DNA of 64,000 nucleotides from Nitrospinaceae bacterium (GCA_965223665.1 OZ245011.1:2336001-2400000), one strand, 5' to 3'; positions 38,731 to 48,033 are shown, counted from the stretch's first letter. Notes: generated by a model from the sequence alone, not told the origin. Numbers and translations: made by a program.

Positions 38731-39399
38731 ATGTATATAAGCCAAATTCGTTTACATTCTAAAGTTGCTGATTCGAGACTACCAAAAGTGGTAATTGAAA
38801 ATAATTTATACGGTTTGCATCAATTGATCTGGAGTTTATTTAGAAGCGAAAAAAGAAACTTTCTATTTCGCATGGATCGTAAAACAGAATATATATCCTT
38901 CATTGTTGTTTCTAAAGTTCCTCCAAAAAATTCCAACAATTTATGGGAAATTCAAACCAAACCCTATCATCCCAAAATTTATCAGCATCAAACTTTAACT
39001 TTCAAACTTCGAGCCAACCCCATCAAAACCAAGAAAAACTTCGATAAAAAACAAAAAAGACACGATGTCGTTATGGAAAAGAAAAAAGAATTAAAAAATA
39101 AAAATGAGGAATTAAAGAAACCGTTCCTTTACAACCAATTAATCCAAAGCACTGGGTATCAATGGCTACAGGAACGAATGGGAAACCATGGGTTTAATGT
39201 AAAATTCGAAGAAGTGCGAATTGATGGTTATCTGCAGCACAGGTTTCAAAAGAAAAATCATTCCATCAAAATTAGTACACTAGAATACACTGGACAATTA
39301 ACTGTTCTAGACCCGGTTAAGCTTTCAAATAGTCTTTTTCAAGGTATCGGTCCTGCAAAAGGATTTGGTTGTGGATTGCTATTGGTAAAGAATCCATAA
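38731..39399 (+). CDS. cas6e: Type I-E crRNA endonuclease Cas6e (Cse3/CasE)
   Basis: MYISQI, YGLHQLIWSLF (catalytic His retained), FKLRANP, G-loop GIGPAKGFGCGLL. Start moved to the ATG at 38731. Confidence 0.96.
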   Translation: MYISQIRLHSKVADSRLPKVVIENNLYGLHQLIWSLFRSEKRNFLFRMDRKTEYISFIVVSKVPPKNSNNLWEIQTKPYHPKIYQHQTLTFKLRANPIKTKKNFDKKQKRHDVVMEKKKELKNKNEELKKPFLYNQLIQSTGYQWLQERMGNHGFNVKFEEVRIDGYLQHRFQKKNHSIKISTLEYTGQLTVLDPVKLSNSLFQGIGPAKGFGCGLLLVKNP

Positions 39400-39401
39400 G
39401 A

Positions 39402-39489
39402 ACGTTCCCCATTTTATGGGGATGAACCGGTTGATGTCAGAAAAAGGCAGTTTATTCTTAATTGTTCCCCACTTTGTGGGGAGATTTTT
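39402..39489 (+). CRISPR. Single-spacer type I-E mini-array
   Basis: Repeat 1 ACGTTCCCCATTTTATGGGGATGAACCG (39402-39429); 32-nt spacer GTTGATGTCAGAAAAAGGCAGTTTATTCTTAA (39430-39461); degenerate repeat 2 TTGTTCCCCACTTTGTGGGGAGATTTTT (39462-39489). Confidence 0.9.
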
Positions 39490-39491
39490 AA

Positions 39492-39710
39492 TTAGCCTAT
39501 ATATTGAGCCAAAATTTTTACATCTTGATAGTAGTTGGCACCTTTACGATCACTATTGATACCTTCAGCAAGTTCAGCGGCCCTTTCCTCGGAAATACCT
39601 AAAGCTCCAGCTAAATAATCGGCTAATACCTTATTATCGGCATAATAATCTGCCCCAGAGCGATCCTCTAAAATGTTTTTGGCTACATTTAATGTGTTAT
39701 CATTTTCCAT
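39492..39710 (-). CDS. Small acidic protein with internal duplication
   Basis: GGAGGGG RBS before ATG at 39710; DRSGADYYADNKVLADYL / DRKGANYYQDVKILAQYI. Confidence 0.75.
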   Translation of the reverse strand: MENDNTLNVAKNILEDRSGADYYADNKVLADYLAGALGISEERAAELAEGINSDRKGANYYQDVKILAQYIG

Positions 39711-40048
39711 TTTCCCCTCCAAAATAAATTTACAAGAAGTTTATCATAGTCTCCCAATCACTTATAAGAGGACAAAAAACATTTTTTCAAAAATCTATTT
39801 CTTCAAACATTGCTTCTCAGGTTTTAAGTTTTATTTTTCAATTTAAACAGCACGGTAAACCAGATTCTTAATAAGGAAATGAAGTAAAGGGAAAAAGTCA
39901 AACTCTTTCGGACCATTTTGTGTTATTTACGGGGACATAAGGGGGAAGTGATCGGAAATCTAGAAAAAAAATTACAAAATGTTAGGAAATTTCACCAACA
40001 GAATCGAAAGGAATGAAAGTAAGAAGGGTAAACAATTGAAACACAAGA

Positions 40049-40121
<73 letters not shown>

Positions 40122-40156
40122 TTCCGAAAAAACGCTTTAGCGCCAAAGAAAGAGGG

Positions 40157-40185
40157 AAGTTAACACAAACCCAAAACCCTGTCAA
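40157..40185 (-). promoter_or_regulatory. Sigma70 promoter of tRNA-Phe
   Basis: Minus strand TTGACA-N17-TAACTT. Confidence 0.7.
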
Positions 40186-40286
40186 TTGGTATCCCTGCGT
40201 CGCTTTTTCCGAAAAAACCTTGTTTTCTCTGGTATAATCCCATGCAAGATAGGCAAATTTGGTTAAATTTTAACTATAGGCCCACC

Positions 40287-40526
40287 ATGCTTGTACTGAC
40301 CCGAAAAATCGGCGAGAGTATCCAAATTAATGAGGATGTCAAGATTACGGTCATTGACATCAAAGGAAAAAATATCCGATTAGGCATTGAAGCCCCGAAG
40401 GATACAAAAATTTATCGCGAAGAAGTGTTTTTAAAGATTAAGGAAGAGAACAAATCTGCCGCTACGTCTACTGAGTTTGATTTAACCAAGGTCAGTGAAT
40501 TAGTAAAAAACAATTTGAAGCGATGA
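40287..40526 (+). CDS. csrA: Carbon storage regulator (long C-terminal, FliW-binding type)
   Basis: MLVLTRKIGESIQI...RLGIEAP...IYREEV; start moved to 40287. Confidence 0.96.
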   Translation: MLVLTRKIGESIQINEDVKITVIDIKGKNIRLGIEAPKDTKIYREEVFLKIKEENKSAATSTEFDLTKVSELVKNNLKR

Positions 40527-40990
40527 ATTTTCAGACAACTCGATTTGGACTCATCGAAGTCGATGAGACCAACGTCATTCATTTTCCTGAAGGACTATAT
40601 GGTTTTGAGGGTGAGGAAAAGTTCGCCCTACTGCCTTTTGATCCTAATGTAGAGTGTCCTCTCCAGTGGATGCAGTCTTTGCAGACTCCGGACTTGGCTT
40701 TTGTAGTAACCAATCCTTTTATTTACAAACCAGATTATAAACTCAATCTTACAGATGATGACAAGAAAAGAATTGGGGTGGAAGAAGATGATACTATCTC
40801 AGTTCTCGTAATCGTAAAAATTCCGTCAGAATTTGTAAACATGACTGCTAATTTAATTGCCCCCCTTGTAGTCAATAATCGAAATTTGGTTTGTAAACAA
40901 TTTGTGATGACTACTCTGGAATATGACACTCAGCATTACCTACTACCCGAGGAATTAAGAGAAAACACAGCCGCGGTAGGATCTGCTTAA
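40523..40990 (+). CDS. fliW: Flagellar assembly factor FliW
   Basis: TTRFG, FPEGLYGFE, WMQSL...LAFVVTNPF, MTANLIAPLVVN; overlaps csrA. Confidence 0.95.
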   Translation: MNFQTTRFGLIEVDETNVIHFPEGLYGFEGEEKFALLPFDPNVECPLQWMQSLQTPDLAFVVTNPFIYKPDYKLNLTDDDKKRIGVEEDDTISVLVIVKIPSEFVNMTANLIAPLVVNNRNLVCKQFVMTTLEYDTQHYLLPEELRENTAAVGSA

Positions 40991-41054
40991 ACTTTCTAAA
41001 ACTTTTCTAACTTAGGTTTGAAAATTAGAGTTAAGGAGATTACTTGCTTCGTGG

Positions 41055-42356
41055 TTAGTCTTTCTCATTTTCCTTAAAATGGGATAAGTGCTTTTTAAAT
41101 TCGGACATTGCACTATTGGCATCAATATAAATGTAGGTATGTCTCACATTTGAGTTAAGAGCAAAATTCACTCGGGATAATTGATTCCCATCCACAAACA
41201 TTAATTCTGTCCAAGGAAACTTCACTCGATAATTTCGATTTTCTCTTAAAAAAGAAACAAAGTTTTTAAATCCCCTTAAACACAAAGCCGATGGCAAATC
41301 TTGCAGGTCACACACTGCCCTTAATTTTGCCGAATTATTTTTGGAAATAGACTCTAACCTTTCAGCTTGGGTAACATTTGCTTCAATTGCTTGCTTATCC
41401 AGCTTATTTGAAGCCATTTCAATTATTTCCTCTTGGGACATATCGTAACGCATGACAAAATCATAATCGTTTTGTATAAGAGTATTGAATTTATTTACAA
41501 AAATCTTACCCCACGTTTTTTCTCGAAGAATTTTTTGAGAACTGGCTTTAAAAATGCCTTCAGCCCCTTTTACACATTCTTCAACAGTCAAAGATACCGC
41601 GCAAAAGTAATTCGATAATTGCAAAGCATCAAAGCCTTCTCCAAATTCTTCTTGAATTTTTTCATACATTTTTTTTCTATTATTCCAATTTTTTTCGGTA
41701 TCTGAATTTAGCAATCTATTTTTCATTTGTGTGACCTCATCATCATATGGCAAGGTCAGAATGGTGGGGTCTTTTTCTGATAAATGAGTGTTAGAAATTA
41801 CAATTGCGCTCCACTTTTTATTTTTTAGGGATTTATGTGAAGGGATGGAACTCAATGTCTGATAGCCCTTCAGACATTGCTCATTACTAATTTTTTGTGA
41901 GCAGTAAAGTTGTGGAATGAAAAATTGAGAATGAATTTTTTCTTTAAGGAAAAATATTTTTTCCAAAAATTCTTTTTGTTGCTTTTCTGAAAGATTGGAA
42001 TTCAGCGCATGAATCATTTCCTCTAAAGAAGCATCCCAAGGAACTAAAAGGGTATGAAATCCACCCGTCCTGAGAAAGCGAGTACTTATTCCAACAGTGT
42101 GTAATTTAGAATTAGGAGTTTTATTAAGAGCTTGAGAAAGAGTTTGAACTCCTTGATAACATCGGCTTACCCATTCCGCCTCATCCACATTGGTTCCAAT
42201 TTTTTCTAAAAAAGGGAAACATTCAAGGGTTTGGATTCCATGTAGTTTTTCAATTTCAGCTTTTAATAAAACTAATTGATTAAACGTATTGGCATTCGCA
42301 CAAAGTGGGAAAACTAAAACTAATAAAATTAAAACGGTTTTCAAATTCATCGGCAC
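41055..42356 (-). CDS. Exported hypothetical protein with four Cys-pair repeats
   Basis: Signal peptide; four C-x(8-16)-C-xxG units. Confidence 0.75.
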   Translation of the reverse strand: MPMNLKTVLILLVLVFPLCANANTFNQLVLLKAEIEKLHGIQTLECFPFLEKIGTNVDEAEWVSRCYQGVQTLSQALNKTPNSKLHTVGISTRFLRTGGFHTLLVPWDASLEEMIHALNSNLSEKQQKEFLEKIFFLKEKIHSQFFIPQLYCSQKISNEQCLKGYQTLSSIPSHKSLKNKKWSAIVISNTHLSEKDPTILTLPYDDEVTQMKNRLLNSDTEKNWNNRKKMYEKIQEEFGEGFDALQLSNYFCAVSLTVEECVKGAEGIFKASSQKILREKTWGKIFVNKFNTLIQNDYDFVMRYDMSQEEIIEMASNKLDKQAIEANVTQAERLESISKNNSAKLRAVCDLQDLPSALCLRGFKNFVSFLRENRNYRVKFPWTELMFVDGNQLSRVNFALNSNVRHTYIYIDANSAMSEFKKHLSHFKENEKD

Positions 42357-42440
42357 TAATCCAAATAAAGGGTTTACCCTATATGATCAAATTGTTTGCT
42401 CAAGTACAAGAGGAAAATATGCAGGAAATTTATTGGAGAG

Positions 42441-43346
42441 TTAAGGAGAAGGCTTTGGGTTGTTTTTTATTTTTTCAATTTCTTCTTCCAAACCTGGTTT
42501 TAAATATATCGCTTGTTCAAAGTTAACTTGAGCCCTCTTAAATTTTTTTTGGTGGAATTGAGCTTTTCCTAAGTCCATAAAAATTTCCGCTGAATAGGGC
42601 CATCTCTTTTTGGCTGCAGTAAAAGCTTTTTCAATTTCGTCCCAATTATTAATTCTTTTATAACCTTCCATGGCTTCCAAAAATTGGAGTTTATTTATGG
42701 TAGTCGGTATATTTAAGGGTTCCATCACTAACACAGCCCAACCACCCCAATACTCTTGAAAGTTTTCAAATAACATCACCCGATTTTTCTGACCCCCCTT
42801 GTGAAAAATCACTTGCTCTAAATCAAAATCATATCCAACAACAACCGCCATTTTTGAATGACAAGGCAAAGAATCTGTATTTTGATTGATAAGAATTGGA
42901 TTTCCAGAATCAATTTCTTTAAACATCTGTTGAATGGTACGAATAGGATAAGGAACTCGTCCCATTCTTCGGGCAGTTCCTATTATAAAAAATTGATCCA
43001 ACTCATCGCTTCCCCAAATATTTATTTTTTTTGAAAGATCCTCCAAATTGGTTCTCCTTCCAGTATTATGAAGAGCCATAGATAAGGCCGCTGCGCTACT
43101 CTTATTTCCACAACCTGAAATGAATGGAACATTTTTAAGAGTTGCCTGACTTGCAATGGAAGGGTCACGAAAAATGGGATTAAATGTTCTATGTGTTGAA
43201 GAACAACTTGTTGCAGTAAAAAATACTACAAATACCCCAACAATAAGTTTTCTTTCGTAAAACTGCATTTGTAAAAAGAAGAACAATTTGTCAAAAATAT
43301 TTTTAGGACTGAGATTAGCAATTTGGAGGACAAGTAGTGTCATCAT
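42441..43346 (-). CDS. C39-like peptidase + TPR lipoprotein (PA2778-like), probably inactive; true start likely downstream
   Basis: Paralog of 43835-44779 (NVPF, ALSMAL, AVVVGYD) with the catalytic Cys and His positions replaced. Confidence 0.7.
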   Translation of the reverse strand: MMTLLVLQIANLSPKNIFDKLFFFLQMQFYERKLIVGVFVVFFTATSCSSTHRTFNPIFRDPSIASQATLKNVPFISGCGNKSSAAALSMALHNTGRRTNLEDLSKKINIWGSDELDQFFIIGTARRMGRVPYPIRTIQQMFKEIDSGNPILINQNTDSLPCHSKMAVVVGYDFDLEQVIFHKGGQKNRVMLFENFQEYWGGWAVLVMEPLNIPTTINKLQFLEAMEGYKRINNWDEIEKAFTAAKKRWPYSAEIFMDLGKAQFHQKKFKRAQVNFEQAIYLKPGLEEEIEKIKNNPKPSP

Positions 43347-43740
43347 CTTCTAATGAATCTACTAGCGCAGCCCCCAATATATATAGAGCTGCAATTAATA
43401 CCACTGTCCCAACAATCACAATTCCAGTTCCAACTTTCTTCAAAACTTCATTAGCTGATGATTTTGGAGAACTTTTGGATGATTGATTGGTTTGATTGGA
43501 TTCTCTAATTGTTTCTTCGATTTGCTTTATTTCGTTATCCGTAAGACTATTTACTCTTGCCTCCGCTTCCTTCTTCGAAATTCCTTTTGAAATTAAAAAC
43601 TTGGATAAACCATTACGGTCCGAAGACATACCAGCTTTATTTTCTTGGGCAAACAAACTACCAGGCATTACCCCGATAAAAATACTCACAAAAGCACAGA
43701 ACAACTTTCCACGCAAACGAATATCACCAAAAAAAATCAT
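43315..43740 (-). CDS. PA2779-like membrane protein
   Basis: L...GIS.KEA.ARVNSLTD.E motif plus C-terminal TM; paralog of 44784-45185. Confidence 0.7.
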   Translation of the reverse strand: MIFFGDIRLRGKLFCAFVSIFIGVMPGSLFAQENKAGMSSDRNGLSKFLISKGISKKEAEARVNSLTDNEIKQIEETIRESNQTNQSSKSSPKSSANEVLKKVGTGIVIVGTVVLIAALYILGAALVDSLEDDDTTCPPNC

Positions 43741-43834
43741 ATTCCCCTAAACTCCGAAAAGTATATCTAACTCAATATTATGCAGTTTTGAACAGGAACT
43801 TCAATAGAAATTAATTTTCGAGTTGAGAAATACC

Positions 43835-44779
43835 TTAATGAGAGCTATTAATTTGGCTTAATGTGAGACGGAAAGTTTTTAATTGAGGACCGCCAATGGA
43901 AATTGCCCGGCGGGAGGCGGCTAAGGCTTCTTTCTTTTGGCCTAATTCATTCAATACATGAGCCAGGTTATTAAAAGCCACACCGGATTGAGGATGGAAG
44001 TGAGTCGCTTGGCGAAAAGCATTTACGGCTCCCAATAGATTATTTTGAGCAAAGCGGCTATTCCCTAGACCCATCCAACCTGCAAGACTTTTGGGCCATT
44101 TTTTTAATGCAGTGCGGTAACCAATTTCTGAAGATTTCCATTGCCTACTTTGCTCCAACCCCAAAACTGCTTTTAGATATATCTTATTTTCAGCGGTTTT
44201 AGGCAATCGTGTGGTGGGAAGCGTAATTAACCCCCACTTTTTCCAAGCTTGCCACGTTTCCAAGAAATCTTCAAAATGCATTTTCACTTTCGATTGATTT
44301 CCTGACCGCAAAAATACTTCCCGATTTTTTAAATCATATCCATAAACAACCGCATAATGCCAATCATTATTAAATAATCCTTTTAATTGCTGCAATACAA
44401 TTACTGGATGAGAGGCCGCTACTTCTTCCAACAAATTTGAAAATGATCGAACGGGATAAGCAACCCGCCCGTTTCGACGAGTACCAGAAATCATATCTTG
44501 AGGAAAAGTTCCTCGGCGTCCGGGTGTAAAGACTTGCTCTTTTAATTTTTCAAAGTCGACTTTCACCCCAGACCATTCCAAAGCCATGGCTAGTGAAGCA
44601 GGACCACATTGCCGCTCTTTCTGAGAATAAAAAGGAACACCACTAATTTCAATCTTAGTAGGCAGGTTTTTAGGAATATTTATTTTTTCGATTTTTGGGA
44701 AAGAGACACAACTAGAAAACAGAAACAAACTAAAGACATAGCCTACGATTGGCAGAAAATTAAAATATTTGCTTATCAT
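43835..44779 (-). CDS. C39-like cysteine peptidase + TPR lipoprotein (PA2778 family)
   Basis: Lipobox FSSC, VPFYSQ..QCGPASLAM, WHYAVVYGYD, TPR C-terminus. Confidence 0.85.
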   Translation of the reverse strand: MISKYFNFLPIVGYVFSLFLFSSCVSFPKIEKINIPKNLPTKIEISGVPFYSQKERQCGPASLAMALEWSGVKVDFEKLKEQVFTPGRRGTFPQDMISGTRRNGRVAYPVRSFSNLLEEVAASHPVIVLQQLKGLFNNDWHYAVVYGYDLKNREVFLRSGNQSKVKMHFEDFLETWQAWKKWGLITLPTTRLPKTAENKIYLKAVLGLEQSRQWKSSEIGYRTALKKWPKSLAGWMGLGNSRFAQNNLLGAVNAFRQATHFHPQSGVAFNNLAHVLNELGQKKEALAASRRAISIGGPQLKTFRLTLSQINSSH

Positions 44780-44783
44780 CTAT

Positions 44784-45185
44784 TTATAAGAAAAATACCC
44801 AACAAAAAGATAAACACCCTAGAACAGCCACTACCAACAAAATGGCTAAAATATAAGCCCAGCCATCGTCCTCATCAAATCCCCCTGCAACTATAGGATC
44901 AATGTCATTAACCAGGTTAGCCACTTCTTCATCCGTCAAACTATTAATTCTTTTCAAAGCTTCCTCCTTAGAAAGCCCAAGGTTTTCCAAGTGCGAAACA
45001 ACATTTTCACGATCTAACAAACTAATGACTTCTTGACGAGAATTTATTGAAGATTCCTGTGACTCCAAAAGAGTTTCGGTATTTACCATCTCTGCCCATG
45101 AGAACATTGGCAAAATTAATATTAAAGGAATCAAAAGGCAGGCGACTCCTATACGAAGTTTTAAGGTAATTTTTTGGTTGGACAA
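44784..45185 (-). CDS. PA2779 family protein
   Basis: AEMVNTE...V...L...GLS.EEA..RINSLTDEEV..L......AGG plus TM. Confidence 0.8.
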   Translation of the reverse strand: MSNQKITLKLRIGVACLLIPLILILPMFSWAEMVNTETLLESQESSINSRQEVISLLDRENVVSHLENLGLSKEEALKRINSLTDEEVANLVNDIDPIVAGGFDEDDGWAYILAILLVVAVLGCLSFCWVFFL

Positions 45186-45330
45186 GGGATTCTCCTTTAA
45201 GGAAGGGGTTGATTCAATTACTTGAGGAAATTAACCTTCTTCTATCCATTTGTAACCGCTTTAAAAGGATTTTTCAATATTTTATAAGGAGATTTGAAAA
45301 AATAGAAGATTTGCTTGGTAAAATCTTATT

Positions 45331-48033
45331 TTAGATAGCTAATTGTTTTGCACCATGCTGAATATACAAATCCAAAGTATTCTGATGACAGGTAAGGACA
45401 ATGATTTGTCTTTTTTTGGAAAACTTTTTTAACGCTTTGGCTAACTGCTGCCGTCGGTCATCGTCAAAATTCACAAAAACATCATCCATAAGAATTGGCA
45501 AAGGCTCAGATCGTCTTTCATATTCTTTTATTAAACCCAATCTCATCGCTAAATAGAGTTGTTCTTTCGTCCCACGGCTCATTTCAGCTAAGCGTTTGGT
45601 TTCCGCCTTTGTATTTTCAATTATTAAATCCTCTTCATCCATTGGTTTTACAATGCTGCGATAGACCCCTTCAGTAATTATTGAAAAAAACTCTTGAGCC
45701 TCTTGAATCACCACAGGTTGGCGATTCTTTTCATATTTTTTCTTAGCCTGATCCAAAAAATGAAGGGCTAAGGTAGAAACCGCCCATTTTTTTGCACTTT
45801 TCTGCAACTCCGATTTTTTCATTTCCATTTGAGTTTGGATTTCTAATAGGGAGTTTTCCTCAGTCAATTGCTGAATTTCTTTTCGTGTTTCACCAATCTT
45901 TTGATGACATTCTTCACGTTTTTTCTCTATTTGCTCTAAACGACTTCGGGCTTTTAAATATTGGTCTTTGATAGTATCCAATTCACAAGCTTTCAACGTT
46001 TCAATAAAGTTTGAATAAGCTTCATCCACACCCACATTTGACTGGATTATTTTTTGTTTTACATTGATTTTTTGTTGCAGGGAGTTACGATGCTCCAAAA
46101 CTTTATACTTGGCCAAAAAATCATCGATGGACTTGGCTCCGGTTTTATGGATCAAGGCCATTACATCACTTTGAAGCTTTAGCTTTTGCTGTTCTAATTT
46201 GTCAATTTTGATCTTTTTCTCAACCAGTTGATCTTTGAAAGAGTTAATTCTTTCAGAGTTTTTCCTTTCTTCCTGAAAAATTTGTAGTGCTTGAGAAATA
46301 TTGACAGTTAAGTCCTCTCCAGGAGAAAAGGTTGAAACCACCTGCGATATATTATCCACGAGTTTTTGAGCTTGGTTTTCGGTTTCTTGAAACCGATCTC
46401 TTCTTTGCTGAACACTTAGCCTTTGAGAAAGCTTCCCTTGTATTTCTCTAATTGCGATTACAATATCTTTAACTATCCTGGGAGTCGCTTTTTGATCCAA
46501 CCCCTTATGTTCTAACCATTCCTCCCAAGTATTTAATTTGTCAATTTTAATTTTCTCAATTAACTCCATCTGCTTTTTTAATCGCAGTTCAATAGTATCT
46601 TCTTTAAAAAATTGATTATGATTTTGTTGGATCCAATTAAAAAGCCATCCACCCAAACCAAGAATACCAAAAGAAATAATCATCAAAAACAGATCCATCC
46701 TAATAGCCGCACCTATTAAACCAAAAACACCCAACGACATTAAAACTATAGCCATAATTTTGGCGTTAGAAGGTATTTGAGCACTACGGGCTTTTTCTGC
46801 AGCGATATGATCATAATGTAAGTCTAGCTTATTTTGAAGGGAAACCAATTTTTGACGGATAGTTTCAAAGTCTTCTTCCTGATTTTTTATAAAATCTTTA
46901 TCGGATTCATTTAAATAAAATTCCTTAACTTTCTCTAAATTCCATTTTTCACCCAGTTGCTTGATTTCAAAATCTATATCTTGTGTAAGACCTTCGTATT
47001 CTAATTTCATCACTAATTTATCAGCAGCAGAATTCTTTAGCAGTTCTCCCAAGGGTTGGAGTTGAAGTATCTCATTTTCCATTCTCAACAAGTTTTTATT
47101 TATATGGATTTGCTGTTTCTGAGTTTTTAATTTTTCTGAATCTTGGAGTTCTTCCTCTATCCGGTTCTGCAAACTTTTCACTTCCATTTGCATTTTCTCA
47201 AACTCTTTATACCCATTTTCAGGAAGCCCATTTAAGGGTTCTAATTTTTTAAGTTCATTTTCTGAAGATTCAAGTTCAACAAAATCTTGAAACAGGTTTT
47301 GTTGATTTTCATATCTTCGCTTTTGGGAGACCAATTCTAAATACTCTTTTTCCAATTTAGCTGATTGGTTTGTATATCTAATCATATCGCTTTCCAATAA
47401 ATCGAATCGTTCTAAACTTTTTTGAACTTCTTTTTTTCTGATTTCTAATATTTTTATCTCATTAAAAATTTGGTTTATCTGGGGTTTATGGCTGTGACCC
47501 CTTACACTAAACAGGGATTTTTGCTCTTGCAACAATTTTTCTGTTACCGAATTAAGAGAAATGGGACCCAACCCAAGTCCCGCTCCATAAATTTTACTTT
47601 TAATTTCATCTTCCAATAAAGAATCAAACTTTTGTAATTCATCTAAAGTAAATGCATAAATATTTTCGAAAACCTTTCGAGAAGCATTTCCTAAAATTTC
47701 ATTTACAGCCTCTTGCCCCTCTATTTCTTTATCTTCAATATTCACTTTAACCTTCCCAGCTAAAGTATTACCTGCCCTGGAAAGGATTATTCGCTTTTTA
47801 TCACTTGATTCACATATTAGTTTTCCAGAAAGGACACCCCCTTCGTTTAAGTTATACTGATTTCCATTACGCTTTCTTGCAAAACCAAATAAAACCCATC
47901 GCACAAATTCCAACAAAGTAGTTTTTCCAAACTCATTTTTTCCATAAACAATATTAAGACCGGGGGATATTTTTTTTATCTCCTTGTCACCCCAGATCCC
48001 AAATTTATCAATATGTATTTCTCTAATTTTCAT
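45331..48033 (-). CDS. YhaN-like AAA/SMC-type ATPase
   Basis: YGKNEFGKTT, long coiled coil with central TM pair, MSRGTKEQLYLAMRL, LMDDVFVNFD. Confidence 0.9.
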   Translation of the reverse strand: MKIREIHIDKFGIWGDKEIKKISPGLNIVYGKNEFGKTTLLEFVRWVLFGFARKRNGNQYNLNEGGVLSGKLICESSDKKRIILSRAGNTLAGKVKVNIEDKEIEGQEAVNEILGNASRKVFENIYAFTLDELQKFDSLLEDEIKSKIYGAGLGLGPISLNSVTEKLLQEQKSLFSVRGHSHKPQINQIFNEIKILEIRKKEVQKSLERFDLLESDMIRYTNQSAKLEKEYLELVSQKRRYENQQNLFQDFVELESSENELKKLEPLNGLPENGYKEFEKMQMEVKSLQNRIEEELQDSEKLKTQKQQIHINKNLLRMENEILQLQPLGELLKNSAADKLVMKLEYEGLTQDIDFEIKQLGEKWNLEKVKEFYLNESDKDFIKNQEEDFETIRQKLVSLQNKLDLHYDHIAAEKARSAQIPSNAKIMAIVLMSLGVFGLIGAAIRMDLFLMIISFGILGLGGWLFNWIQQNHNQFFKEDTIELRLKKQMELIEKIKIDKLNTWEEWLEHKGLDQKATPRIVKDIVIAIREIQGKLSQRLSVQQRRDRFQETENQAQKLVDNISQVVSTFSPGEDLTVNISQALQIFQEERKNSERINSFKDQLVEKKIKIDKLEQQKLKLQSDVMALIHKTGAKSIDDFLAKYKVLEHRNSLQQKINVKQKIIQSNVGVDEAYSNFIETLKACELDTIKDQYLKARSRLEQIEKKREECHQKIGETRKEIQQLTEENSLLEIQTQMEMKKSELQKSAKKWAVSTLALHFLDQAKKKYEKNRQPVVIQEAQEFFSIITEGVYRSIVKPMDEEDLIIENTKAETKRLAEMSRGTKEQLYLAMRLGLIKEYERRSEPLPILMDDVFVNFDDDRRQQLAKALKKFSKKRQIIVLTCHQNTLDLYIQHGAKQLAI

